Positions 1-8,929 of a stretch of 64,000 nucleotides of DNA are shown here, one piece after another; position 1 is the first letter of the stretch; the number at the start of each line of letters is the position of its first letter. The notes below the pieces were generated by a model, which saw nothing but the letters and a program-made list of their open reading frames with translations, made no database searches and was not told the DNA's origin. The position numbers and the translations under genes were made by a program. This DNA is from Pseudomonadota bacterium (GTDB lineage Bacteria > Bdellovibrionota_G > JALEGL01 > DATDPG01): assembly GCA_043809315.1 (NCBI GenBank), contig JAZDDX010000024.1, forward strand, positions 68,167 to 132,166, written 5' to 3'.

Positions 1-663
1 ACTCATCAGATAGTTCGCCGGGAAGGAGATCGTCCCGGCGCTGCTCGCGCCGAAGTCTGGAAGAGCCAGGCTCGCGGGGGCACCATTCCACGGCTGAACC
101 GTGTTGATGGGCGTTCCATTCAAATAGGTGATGATCCACGAGTGGGTCGCATTTTGAGAAATCGGTGAGCCGTCAACGATCCTCTGGTTCAAATTCCCGT
201 TCTCGACCCAAAGCTCGACGGTTTGGTCGACTCCGTAGTTGACATCGATCACCACCGTTTTTGTCCCCCCGCCGATCGGTGTCGGGGTGGGGGTCGCTCC
301 GCCGGTTCCCGAGATCGTGTAGACCGCCTGGGCGATGTTGCTCGGCACGAGATCGCTCCGGAAGGCACGGCAACGGAGTGTCAGCGAGCTGGGGATCGAG
401 ATCGAGCCGGTGTAGAGGGGGGAGTTTTCGTTCGGTTCGATTCCGTTCCGGGTGCAGTAGATGATAGCGTTGGCGGTCGCTGTCTTGACCGTCACCGTGA
501 CCGGGGAGGAGAAAGTCCCCCCCGCCGGGTCGAACGTCAGAGCGCCGACCTGGGAGGTCGAGCTTCCGCTCCCCGTACGGGTTCCGTCGGTGGTCCGTTC
601 CACGCTGGTCCCGCAGGAAAACAGGGATATGACAAGGATCGCTGGGGTCAGATAACGGTACAT
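1..663 (-). CDS. Lipoprotein with chitobiase/beta-hexosaminidase C-terminal-like (Fn3-associated) domain; runs off window edge
   Basis: Not in ORF track; translated by hand from ATG 663: MYRYLTPAILVISLFSC (lipobox), then TFDPAGGTFSSPVTVTV...IYCTRNGIEPNENSPLYTGSISI...LRCRAF, TPTPTP linker; open to position 1; GGAG upstream. Confidence 0.75.
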   Translation of the reverse strand, partial: MYRYLTPAILVISLFSCGTSVERTTDGTRTGSGSSTSQVGALTFDPAGGTFSSPVTVTVKTATANAIIYCTRNGIEPNENSPLYTGSISIPSSLTLRCRAFRSDLVPSNIAQAVYTISGTGGATPTPTPIGGGTKTVVIDVNYGVDQTVELWVENGNLNQRIVDGSPISQNATHSWIITYLNGTPINTVQPWNGAPASLALPDFGASSAGTISFPANYLMS

Positions 664-688
664 GGGCGCTCCATTTCTTTGCGCGCGT

Positions 689-754
689 ATAAAACCACCT
701 TTGCCGCGTTACGTCAAGTAGACACTTGACGCATTAGCCCATCAATGGTACTGG
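689..754. promoter_or_regulatory. Divergent promoter with back-to-back -35 boxes
   Basis: Perfect inverted repeat CGTCAAGT-AGAC-ACTTGACG at 712-731 gives TTGACG on both strands; weak -10-like hexamers 17 nt away on each side. Confidence 0.45.
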
Positions 755-763
755 CGGCACGCT

Positions 764-1900
764 ATGAGTAGATTTGTGCTTCGATTCTCGTCTCTTGGCT
801 TTGTGGCAGCCCTTCTGCTGGTCCCAGTTTCAGGGGGGGTGGAGGCGGGGGAAAAAGGGAACCCCAAGACCGACCCGTTCGTCCAACGCCTCATCCTCTG
901 GGGCGGCCTGGAAGGGGGGTATACGCGGATTTCGAGCAACGACCCGGCGGAACTCACCAAGCAGGGCCTTCAAGGGGATGTCAAAGCGGGGCTCTCTTAC
1001 TCCTGGTCCGATTGGACCCTCGATGGCGGCGGTGGGTGGCTCTACAACGTCGTGACCGCGAACATCACCGGGAACAGCGTTTCTCACGACAAAGTTACGA
1101 CGAGAGCCGCGCTGGCGTATCTCGGCGGCCGGTATCGTCTTACCCCGACGTGGGAGCTCGGCCTTCAGAACCACATTTTGTTCGATGCCGACACACGGTT
1201 CCAGACGGCGCACACGAAGGAAAAGAACGTCAACTGGCTCGCGGGTCCGGAGCTGGTCTATCGTCTACCGTACGAATTTCCCCTTCAGTTGATGGGGACG
1301 TTCCTGACCGATCTCACGATCTCGGGTCGTCAGGTCTACCAGATCCTGGTCGGCGTCCAGATCGGCTTCCCGGTCTGGGAGAACTTCTCGACTGCGACTC
1401 CCACCCCGACTCCAGCGTCGACGGCGACGCCGGAACCGGCGGCCACCCCGACCCCCGGACCCACGCCGACGCCGCATATCATTCTGGTGCCGACCCGAAC
1501 CTACCGGTTCGATCTCAAACGGATCGAGTTCGATTTCAACAAGGCGACGCTCCGTCCCGGCTCGAAGGAGATGCTCGACGATCTCGGGACGTTCCTCGCG
1601 AAACATCCCGGTGCGTGGGATCGCCTGATTGTGGAGGGACATACCGACAACCGCGGGACACAGGCTTACAATCAGCGCCTCTCCGAGCGGAGAGCGGAGT
1701 CGGTGAAGAACGTTCTCGTCAGTCATGGGGTGCCCGCCTCCTCGATCCAGACGATCGGGTACGGCTACTCGCGTCCCCGCATCGATCAGAGCACGAAGGG
1801 CGCCTGGCAGAAGAACCGGCGGGTCGAGTTCCGGTTCGAGCGGATCCACCAGCCGGATCTGCTCGACGATTACTTCCGGAAGGTAAACCAGGAATATTGA
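764..1900 (+). CDS. OmpA family outer membrane protein
   Basis: Signal peptide, beta-barrel-like N-half, Pro/Thr linker, OmpA_C motifs FDFNKATL, EGHTD, NQRLSERRAESV, NRRVEF. Confidence 0.9.
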   Translation: MSRFVLRFSSLGFVAALLLVPVSGGVEAGEKGNPKTDPFVQRLILWGGLEGGYTRISSNDPAELTKQGLQGDVKAGLSYSWSDWTLDGGGGWLYNVVTANITGNSVSHDKVTTRAALAYLGGRYRLTPTWELGLQNHILFDADTRFQTAHTKEKNVNWLAGPELVYRLPYEFPLQLMGTFLTDLTISGRQVYQILVGVQIGFPVWENFSTATPTPTPASTATPEPAATPTPGPTPTPHIILVPTRTYRFDLKRIEFDFNKATLRPGSKEMLDDLGTFLAKHPGAWDRLIVEGHTDNRGTQAYNQRLSERRAESVKNVLVSHGVPASSIQTIGYGYSRPRIDQSTKGAWQKNRRVEFRFERIHQPDLLDDYFRKVNQEY

Positions 1901-1933
1901 TTCGCGCTCCGGTCGTCGTACCATCCCAGGAAG

Positions 1934-2767
1934 GTGCTGAATCTCCTCACGCCGAACATGAGGGTTCGGGAACTCTTGCGGGCGAAAGAATTGCGAAGCC
2001 CGACGGTCGTTTCCACGATCGTGGCGAACCTGTTCCCGTTGCTCGGTGTCGCGTTTCTCCAGTGGGACATCTTCATCGTCCTGCTTCTCTACTTGTTTGA
2101 GAGCGTCGTGATCGCCCTTTTCAGCATCGTGAAGCTGGTGATGGTGACGAAGTGGCGGGCGCTCTACCGGATCCCCGGATTTCTGCTTGTGTTCGCGCTC
2201 GCGATGCTGGTCCCGGTCGCGGCGGTGGGGGGACTCTGGGACAGCGAACGCCGCGTCCGGATGTCGTCCGGGGAACTCCTGACCGAGCTTTCCGGAGGGG
2301 CGATCCTGTTCGCGATCAGCCACGGTCTCTCGTTCGTTCTGAACTACATCGGAAAACGGGAGTACCGGAATCTCTCGGACGAGGAGCAGTTCTTCGCGCC
2401 GTTCAAACGGGGGATCTCGATCCTGATCGCTGCGATCACCGGCGTCTTCCTGATCTTGATCCGGGAGGACCCGCTCGGCTGGTTCGTGGCACTCGGCTTT
2501 CTTTCGTCGCCGTTTCTGGTCGGGAAGCTCGTGGCCATGATTGCGGAGGCGCATCGCACGAAGATCCCGATCCGCACACGACTTGAGGAACCGGTTTCAA
2601 AGGTCTGGCGTCGCGTCGAGTACCAGCATCTCCGGTACCTTTTCCTCGTCCCGGCATTCCTCGCTGTCTGGTTCATTTCGCCGGTCGCAGCGATCGTCGT
2701 TGTCATCGTGATCCCGAAGACGATCCTCGACGTCCGCGCCCATCTCCTCGAACGGCAAATCGTTTAG
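1934..2767 (+). CDS. Integral membrane protein, DUF6498-like
   Basis: Multiple TM segments; ANLFPLLGVAFLQWD...LLYLFESVVI and KTILDVRAH resemble DUF6498; start could be 1958. Confidence 0.6.
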   Translation: MLNLLTPNMRVRELLRAKELRSPTVVSTIVANLFPLLGVAFLQWDIFIVLLLYLFESVVIALFSIVKLVMVTKWRALYRIPGFLLVFALAMLVPVAAVGGLWDSERRVRMSSGELLTELSGGAILFAISHGLSFVLNYIGKREYRNLSDEEQFFAPFKRGISILIAAITGVFLILIREDPLGWFVALGFLSSPFLVGKLVAMIAEAHRTKIPIRTRLEEPVSKVWRRVEYQHLRYLFLVPAFLAVWFISPVAAIVVVIVIPKTILDVRAHLLERQIV

Positions 2768-2827
2768 GTGCTCCGCTCGTTTTTTCTGGGGGGGGCGGTC
2801 GCGGAATGTTAGAAAGACGGCACCGAT

Positions 2828-2923
2828 ATGCATCTCCAGCTGGTCGACTGGATCATCGTCATCGCGTCCCTCATTCTCTGCTTTTTCCCGGCGCTCTACT
2901 TTGGAAAACGGGCGGGGAAATAA
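2828..2923 (+). pseudogene. 31-aa ORF resembling the first TM helix of a sodium:solute symporter (remnant or small membrane protein)
   Basis: MHLQLVDWIIVIASLILCFFPALYFGKRAGK*; below ORF-track cutoff. Confidence 0.4.
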
Positions 2924-2937
2924 CGAAAGAGGTTCGC

Positions 2938-3342
2938 ATGTCTGTGAAAATGCATGGGACGTACATCGGGAAAACACGTGTGAAGCTCACGCACGAGTCG
3001 GGGGCGGAGATCACGACCTGCGCGCCGAAAGACAACGGCGGGGACGGGAGCTTATTCTCTCCGACCGATCTGGTCGCCGCGTCGGCGGGAGCCTGCATTC
3101 TGACCGTCATGGGGCTGGTCGCGGAGCGGCACGGGATCCCGTTCGAAGGGGCGAGCTTCCGGGCGGAGAAGACGATGTCGGCCAACCCCAGGCGGATCGG
3201 GAAGTTGGAGGTCGAAGTGACGATTTCGGCGAAGTTGACCGACGAACAGAAAAAGAAGCTCGAAGCCGCTGCTTACACCTGTCCGGTCAAGAAGAGCCTC
3301 GATCCCGCGGTCGAGGTGAACCTCCGGTTCATCTATAGCTGA
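2938..3342 (+). CDS. OsmC family protein
   Basis: [25 protein letters not shown]...CPV; AGAGG RBS before ATG 2938. Confidence 0.85.
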   Translation: MSVKMHGTYIGKTRVKLTHESGAEITTCAPKDNGGDGSLFSPTDLVAASAGACILTVMGLVAERHGIPFEGASFRAEKTMSANPRRIGKLEVEVTISAKLTDEQKKKLEAAAYTCPVKKSLDPAVEVNLRFIYS

Positions 3343-4753
3343 TCACGATCGTCGCGAGTGCCTGCGGAATCGTCTCGAAGCAGACCTGATTCCCGGCCGC
3401 AACGTAACTGAGTTGCCCGGCGTCGACCGGCTGGCCGTTGATCGTCGCGGAAATCGAAGTCAGATCGGTCGGCGTCTGGGATAGCGTGAAGCACTTGTCC
3501 AATCCGCTCGCCTGCAGACCAAGGGCGTCCATCGCGGTGGTCCAGTTTCCACAGATATCGGACGTCGTTCCTCCCAGGAGCGAAGCAACCGCTTCGTATC
3601 GGTTTCCCACCTCTTCGGAATCCATCCTTGTGTGACAGTCGTCTGATTTCAGGAGGTTCGTCGTAACGACGGCATGGGCACGGACCTTCCCGTTCTTCCC
3701 GGCTTTCAGCCCCTGGAAGAACGCTGCATGGTTGGCGATGAGTGGCATGTAGGCGTATTTCCCGTCAAAGGAGTGGTCGATGTCGCCGGTACTAACCGGA
3801 GCAAGATGAGGATACGTGCCGTCGGTTGCCGGATCCCCGCTCAATTCTAATTTCAATTGGGCGATGTCGGCTGCACTGACAGGGGTCCCACGGACTGTTT
3901 TACCGATCCAGCTATCCGCATCGGGTTGGTCCTCCTCGTCGCTGACGAAGACGATCTGAAGGTCGGCGTCGTCACGAAGGAAGGTTCCGTTCATCTGGCC
4001 GTCGATGAAAGTCGAATCCAGCGCTCTGCGCGCGGCTTCCAGCCCTTCCTCCGCGTTCCGGCTGGCCGGCCCGCTGGTTCCAATGACGGCGCATGTTGAA
4101 AAGAGTCCGGGATTCGCCCCCGTCAGATAGGGGGTGTTTACATCTGTTTTACAGAGGCTTCGGAGACGGGAGTTGTCCGCCGGATCGGTTGCGATCGCGA
4201 TCAGTCGGAAGTCGACCCTGGCAAGCGCCAGTTGATTCATAAACACCCCGGCGTTTCGGCCAATCTCCGTCTGGTTGTCTCCCATGCTTCCCGAGTTGTC
4301 GATCACCCACATAATATCGGTCATTGCGGCCTTGTTCTGGTGGAACGTGTCGGACTGCATCCCCGGGGTCGCGGTCGGAGTTTCGGTCGGGGTGGCCGTC
4401 GGAGTTTCGGTCGGGGTGGCCGTCGGAGTCTCCGTCGGGGTGGCCGTCGGGGTCTCCGTCGAGGTGGCCGTCGGGGTGGCGGTCGGACCTTCGGTCGGGG
4501 TCTCCGTCGGGGTGGCCGTCGGGCCTTCCGTCGGGACCTCGGTCGGAGTAGCGGTCGGGACCTCGGTCGGGATTTCAGTCGGGGTTGCGGTCGGTCCTTC
4601 GATCAAGATCTCGGTTGGAGTGGCCGTCGGTTCGGCAGGCACGACTCCGGAGTTGACGCTACCCTCCAGCATTCCAAACCCCTGGGAGCCGCAGCTGAGC
4701 GTGCCGAAGCCGCAAAGGAAGAGAAGAAGGCTAACCCGGAATCCGTATTTCAT
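3329..4753 (-). CDS. Lipoprotein with Thr/Pro/Glu repeat stalk and VWA domain
   Basis: Lipobox TLSC; MIDAS-like [37 protein letters not shown]. Confidence 0.8.
   Translation of the reverse strand: MKYGFRVSLLLFLCGFGTLSCGSQGFGMLEGSVNSGVVPAEPTATPTEILIEGPTATPTEIPTEVPTATPTEVPTEGPTATPTETPTEGPTATPTATSTETPTATPTETPTATPTETPTATPTETPTATPGMQSDTFHQNKAAMTDIMWVIDNSGSMGDNQTEIGRNAGVFMNQLALARVDFRLIAIATDPADNSRLRSLCKTDVNTPYLTGANPGLFSTCAVIGTSGPASRNAEEGLEAARRALDSTFIDGQMNGTFLRDDADLQIVFVSDEEDQPDADSWIGKTVRGTPVSAADIAQLKLELSGDPATDGTYPHLAPVSTGDIDHSFDGKYAYMPLIANHAAFFQGLKAGKNGKVRAHAVVTTNLLKSDDCHTRMDSEEVGNRYEAVASLLGGTTSDICGNWTTAMDALGLQASGLDKCFTLSQTPTDLTSISATINGQPVDAGQLSYVAAGNQVCFETIPQALATIVISYR
4365..4632 (-). repeat. Coding tandem repeat: nine PTATP units (12-aa then 8-aa period)
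   Basis: Repeated ggtggccgtcggagt(t/c)tc-type units on + strand. Confidence 0.9.
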
Positions 4754-4915
4754 CTGGACCATTCCCCCACAGGAGCAGGGTAATGCAAAAAGCAAACCTC
4801 CGGGTTGCGCTTTAAGATATTTAAATTATTATACAAAAATTGATAGATTGCGATCTGTGGCTGGATCGGTTGCCTAATTTCGGCCCTATCTACGAACTAA
4901 TTTCAGGGGGATACG

Positions 4916-5542
4916 TTAGAATTGGGCCAGCTCGGTCTCCAGCATCGCGACGTGCTCTTCTTCCTCGGCCGCCAGCTCTCGATAGATCTCTTTCTCCGGA
5001 CCGTTTGAAAGCGACTTGGCCCGTTTCTGAAAATGATCCCGAGTCTCCTTCTCCATCTCGATCGCTCTCGCGTAGAGCTTTTTCACCTGTCCGGTCACAT
5101 CGTTAAAGTCGATCCCTTTAAAAAGATCGGCCACGAGAACCGCGTCGACATTCGGCGGGAGTTTCAAAACCTCTTTCTCCAAGTGAACGTGATACTTCTT
5201 TTCGAGCTCTTCCAGGTGATCCTGCTCGGAGAGGAACATCTGCTCGAAGATCGCCTTGACCTTCGGGTGGGTCGCGCGGCTCCAACCGAGGCGGTAGAAG
5301 TGGTAGGCGTTGATCTCGAACTGTACCGCTTCCTGGATCGCCTTCATCGAGAGAAGATCTTTTGTTTCATACCCCTTCACAACCTCGATCGCTCCGCCGC
5401 ATAAGTAGCAGCGGCCGTACGGGACGGCGAAGCCGGTGGTAAGTTTCGCGCAGCTCTTGCATTTCCAGGTGGAGCGGATGGCCGCGCAACAGATCGAGTC
5501 GTCGTCCAGTCCCTGGTGACATTTCGGGCATTGAGAAGCCAT
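4916..5542 (-). CDS. Rubrerythrin/ferritin-like diiron protein with Cys-rich N-terminal metal-binding domain
   Basis: CPKC, CC, CKSC, CYLC then ferritin-like ligands FEINAY, EQDH, MEKET, EEEH; GGAGG RBS 10 nt after upstream gene. Confidence 0.8.
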   Translation of the reverse strand: MASQCPKCHQGLDDDSICCAAIRSTWKCKSCAKLTTGFAVPYGRCYLCGGAIEVVKGYETKDLLSMKAIQEAVQFEINAYHFYRLGWSRATHPKVKAIFEQMFLSEQDHLEELEKKYHVHLEKEVLKLPPNVDAVLVADLFKGIDFNDVTGQVKKLYARAIEMEKETRDHFQKRAKSLSNGPEKEIYRELAAEEEEHVAMLETELAQF

Positions 5543-5552
5543 CGGTCCCTCC

Positions 5553-7913
5553 TTACTGAATCCCCATGAACCCGAGCATTGCGCGGGCCGCTTTTCTCCC
5601 GGCCCCCATCGCGAGGATGACGGTCGCCGATCCGGTCACGATGTCACCGCCGGCGTAGACGCCGGGAATGTTCGTGGCGCCGGTCGCCTCGTCGATCACG
5701 AGGTACCCCCATTTGTTCGTTGCGATCCCGGGCGTCGTCTGTGCGATGACCGGGTTGGCGGAAGTCCCCAGGGCGCAGATGATGGTGTCGACGTCGATGT
5801 CGTACTCGGAGCCTGTGATCGGCACCGGGCGTCGCCGCCCCGAATCGTCCGGCTCGCCGAGCTCCATCTTCTGAACGGTCATGTTCTTCACCCATCCGTT
5901 CCCGTTGTCGTTCACCTTAACCGGGGCGGTGAGCCACCGGAAGATGATCCCTTCCTCCATCGCGTGATGGAGTTCCTCCACGCGGGCGGGGGATTCCGCC
6001 TCCGTCCGGCGGTAGACGACTTCCACGGCCTCGGCCCCCATCCGTTTCGAAACGCGCGCGGCATCCATCGCCGTGTTTCCCGCCCCGACGACGGCGATCC
6101 GTTTCCCCATCCCGACCGGCGTGTCGTAAAGAGGCTGTCGAAACCCCTGCATCAGGTTGACTCGGGTTAAGAATTCGTTCGCGGAGAAGACGCCGTTGAG
6201 TGACTCGCCGGGGACTCCGATGAACTTCGGCGATCCGGCACCGGTCGCGACGAAGACGGACGAGTACCCCATCTGCCGCATCAACTGCGGGATCGTGAAG
6301 AGCTTTCCGATGATCGTGTCGAGCTCGATCTTCACCCCGAGTTTTTTCAGGTTGTCGATCTCAACGTCGATGATGTCGTTCGGGAGACGGAACTCCGGGA
6401 TTCCGTATTTCAAAACGCCGCCGGCGACGTGGAGCGCTTCGTAGATCGTGACGTCGATCCCTTTCTTCGCGAGATCTCCCGCACAGGCCAGGCCGGCCGG
6501 TCCGCTTCCGATGATCGCCGCTTTCTTCCCTGCCGGTTTCGTCGGGGTGATTTCGTCCCATCCCCGCCCGACCGCGAAGTCGGCCACGAAACGTTCGAGG
6601 CGTCCGATCGCAACCGATTCCAGCTTGACCCCGACGACACAGGTCGCTTCGCACTGGGTCTCCTGCGGGCAGACGCGTCCGCATACCGCCGGGAGCGCGT
6701 TGGCGTTCTTCAAGATCCGGTACGATTCGCGGAGATCTTTCCGCGCGAGCGCCATGACGAACCCGGGGATGTCGATTTCAACCGGGCAACCGGGGACGCA
6801 TCGTGGTTTCTTGCAGTTGAGACAACGTTGCGCTTCCCCGATCGCCATCTCGAGCGTGTATCCGAGGTTCACCTCTTCGAAATTTCGGGCGCGGACTTCC
6901 GGTTTCTGTTCCGGGACCGGGGTTTTTTTCGGGGCGACCGTCCGGATCGTCTTGACCGGGATCGGTTCACCTGGGGTAGGAGGCGGGTCGGCTTGCGGAA
7001 CGGGACAGAGGGACTGCGGGCTGGCTCGCAACCGATTCGATACGATCGCTGGATCGGATCCGCCGGCGCCGATCGCAGCGAGATTCTCCTTTTCCCGCTT
7101 ATACCGGGCCATCGCCTCCTTCTCCTCGAACTCGAACCGCTTCTGCCGGAGCATCAGCTCGTCGAAATCGACCGCGTGGCCGTCGAAGTCGGGGCCGTCG
7201 ACGCAGGCGAACTTCATCTTCCCGCCGATCGTGACCCTGCACGATCCGCACATGCCGGTTCCGTCGACCATGATCGAGTTAAGCGAGACCATCGTTTTGA
7301 TCCCCAAGGGCCGAGTGACATGCGTGCAGGCCTTCATCATGACGAGCGGGCCGATCGCGATCACTTCCTTCACGTCGGGGTTTTTCGCGAGAACTTCCTT
7401 GAGGGCATCGGTGACGAACCCTTTCATCCCGAACGAACCGTCGTCGGTCGTGACGACCAGCTCGTCGGAATATTTTTTGAACTTGTCCTGCCAGAACATG
7501 AGGTCGTGGTTCCTAAAGCCGATAATCGAGATGGTGTGATTCCCGGCTTCTTTGTGGGCGCGGAGCTGCGGGAAGACCGGCGCGACGCCCAAGCCTCCGC
7601 CGATGAGGACAACTTTTCCGACCGGATGAGCTTCGCTGGCGACCCCCAAGGGTCCGATGAAGTCGAGGATCTCCCCCCCTTCGGGGAGGTCCATCATCTG
7701 GAACGTCGTTTTTCCGACCGCCCGGATGACGACGGTCACGGTTCCCCGTTTCCGGTCGTAGTCGGCGACGGTGAGCGGGATCCGCTCGCCCGTCTCGTCG
7801 AGGCGGACCATCAGGAAATGCCCCGCCTCTGCCGCCGCCGCGACGTAAGGGGCTTCGACTTCCCAGAGATAGGTGACAGGTCCGAACTGCTCCCGCTTGC
7901 GGATCCGGTACAT
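5553..7913 (-). CDS. Fused NfnA-NfnB (SudB-SudA/GltD-like) NADH-dependent ferredoxin:NADP+ oxidoreductase
   Basis: N-half ERIPLT, GPLG, DGTGMCGSCRV...CVDGPDF; C-half CLNCKKPRCVPGCP, CGRVCPQETQC, GSGPAG, YGIPEFRLP, GAGNTAMD. Confidence 0.88.
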   Translation of the reverse strand: MYRIRKREQFGPVTYLWEVEAPYVAAAAEAGHFLMVRLDETGERIPLTVADYDRKRGTVTVVIRAVGKTTFQMMDLPEGGEILDFIGPLGVASEAHPVGKVVLIGGGLGVAPVFPQLRAHKEAGNHTISIIGFRNHDLMFWQDKFKKYSDELVVTTDDGSFGMKGFVTDALKEVLAKNPDVKEVIAIGPLVMMKACTHVTRPLGIKTMVSLNSIMVDGTGMCGSCRVTIGGKMKFACVDGPDFDGHAVDFDELMLRQKRFEFEEKEAMARYKREKENLAAIGAGGSDPAIVSNRLRASPQSLCPVPQADPPPTPGEPIPVKTIRTVAPKKTPVPEQKPEVRARNFEEVNLGYTLEMAIGEAQRCLNCKKPRCVPGCPVEIDIPGFVMALARKDLRESYRILKNANALPAVCGRVCPQETQCEATCVVGVKLESVAIGRLERFVADFAVGRGWDEITPTKPAGKKAAIIGSGPAGLACAGDLAKKGIDVTIYEALHVAGGVLKYGIPEFRLPNDIIDVEIDNLKKLGVKIELDTIIGKLFTIPQLMRQMGYSSVFVATGAGSPKFIGVPGESLNGVFSANEFLTRVNLMQGFRQPLYDTPVGMGKRIAVVGAGNTAMDAARVSKRMGAEAVEVVYRRTEAESPARVEELHHAMEEGIIFRWLTAPVKVNDNGNGWVKNMTVQKMELGEPDDSGRRRPVPITGSEYDIDVDTIICALGTSANPVIAQTTPGIATNKWGYLVIDEATGATNIPGVYAGGDIVTGSATVILAMGAGRKAARAMLGFMGIQ

Positions 7914-7962
7914 AAACGGCGGATACGTAACAAGATTGTTTGAAAAAGGGAACTTCCCCCGT

Positions 7963-8919
7963 TTAGGCGAGGCGGCCCTTGTCCTCGAAACGACAGCGCC
8001 CAGAGCCGGCGTACTTGAGGCCGAGCGATCGGTACTTGGAATACCCGTCGGCGAAGATGGTGACGACCGTCGGGAACCGTCTCCGGAGGCTTTGGGCCGC
8101 CACAAAGTTCGCTCCGGACGACATCCCGATACAGAAACCGAACCTCTCCTCGATGTAGACCGCCGTTTTCTTCGAATCTTCGCTCGAAACCGGGATCACC
8201 TCGTCGATCATCTCATGAAGCCCGTTTTTCTCCCCTTGGGCGATCTTCGGCACGAAGCCATCCCCGATCCCGAAGATCGTGTGAAGCCCCGGGGCCTTCC
8301 CCGCCATGACCTGGGATTCGGCCGGCTCGACGGCGGCCAGATGAATGTTGGGAAACCGTTCACGGAGGGCCTTCCCGACACCGATCAACGTGCCACCGGT
8401 CCCGATTCCGGCAACGAAGGCGTCGATCGGCTTGCCGATCTCGTTCATCTGGTCGAGGATCTCGCGTCCGGTCGTCCGGTAGTGACATTCAACGTTCAAC
8501 GGGTTCGAAAACTGATCCGGGTTGAAGTAGGTCGGATCGTTCGCCATCTCATCCCGGACGCGGGCCGCCTCGGCGAAATCCCCGGCACGGACCAGGATCA
8601 GCTCCGCCCCCAGCTCGCGGATCAACTGTTTCCGTTCGGCCGACATGTTCTCCGGCATCACGATCGTGATCGGATACCCCAACCGCTTCGCGTAAAATGA
8701 GAACGAGATCCCGGTGTTCCCGCTCGTCGCCTCGACGATCTTCATCCCGGGGCGGAGGAGCCCCCGTTTTTCGCTTTTTTCGAGGATGAATTTTGCGATC
8801 CGATCTTTGATGCTGCCGCAGGGGTTCGTGCACTCCAGCTTGGCGTGGATCCCGTCAACTTCGATGAGAGGGGTGTTCCCCGGCTCCTGATTGAGCGCAC
8901 ATCCCGGGTCGTTCGCCAT
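7963..8919 (-). CDS. PLP-dependent cysteine synthase family protein
   Basis: GNTPL, KLECTNPCGSIKDR, EATSGNTG, GIGTGGT; start refined to ATG 8919. Confidence 0.9.
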   Translation of the reverse strand: MANDPGCALNQEPGNTPLIEVDGIHAKLECTNPCGSIKDRIAKFILEKSEKRGLLRPGMKIVEATSGNTGISFSFYAKRLGYPITIVMPENMSAERKQLIRELGAELILVRAGDFAEAARVRDEMANDPTYFNPDQFSNPLNVECHYRTTGREILDQMNEIGKPIDAFVAGIGTGGTLIGVGKALRERFPNIHLAAVEPAESQVMAGKAPGLHTIFGIGDGFVPKIAQGEKNGLHEMIDEVIPVSSEDSKKTAVYIEERFGFCIGMSSGANFVAAQSLRRRFPTVVTIFADGYSKYRSLGLKYAGSGRCRFEDKGRLA

Positions 8920-8929
8920 GGCGCGGACT

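Noticed and set aside
4365-4632. Tandem repeats as a possible CRISPR array
   Set aside because: In-frame coding repeats with no unique spacers and no cas genes
5516-5530. CPKCH as a heme c site in the ferritin-like protein
   Set aside because: No signal peptide; part of a multi-Cys metal-binding domain
5553-7913. Glutamate synthase small subunit annotation
   Set aside because: No gltB nearby and the NfnA-type domain is fused at the N-terminus
7914-8105. N-terminal extensions given by the ORF track (also at 9066, 19886, 23319, 35388, 38512, 54823)
   Set aside because: Overlap neighbouring genes and lack family similarity; starts were moved downstream
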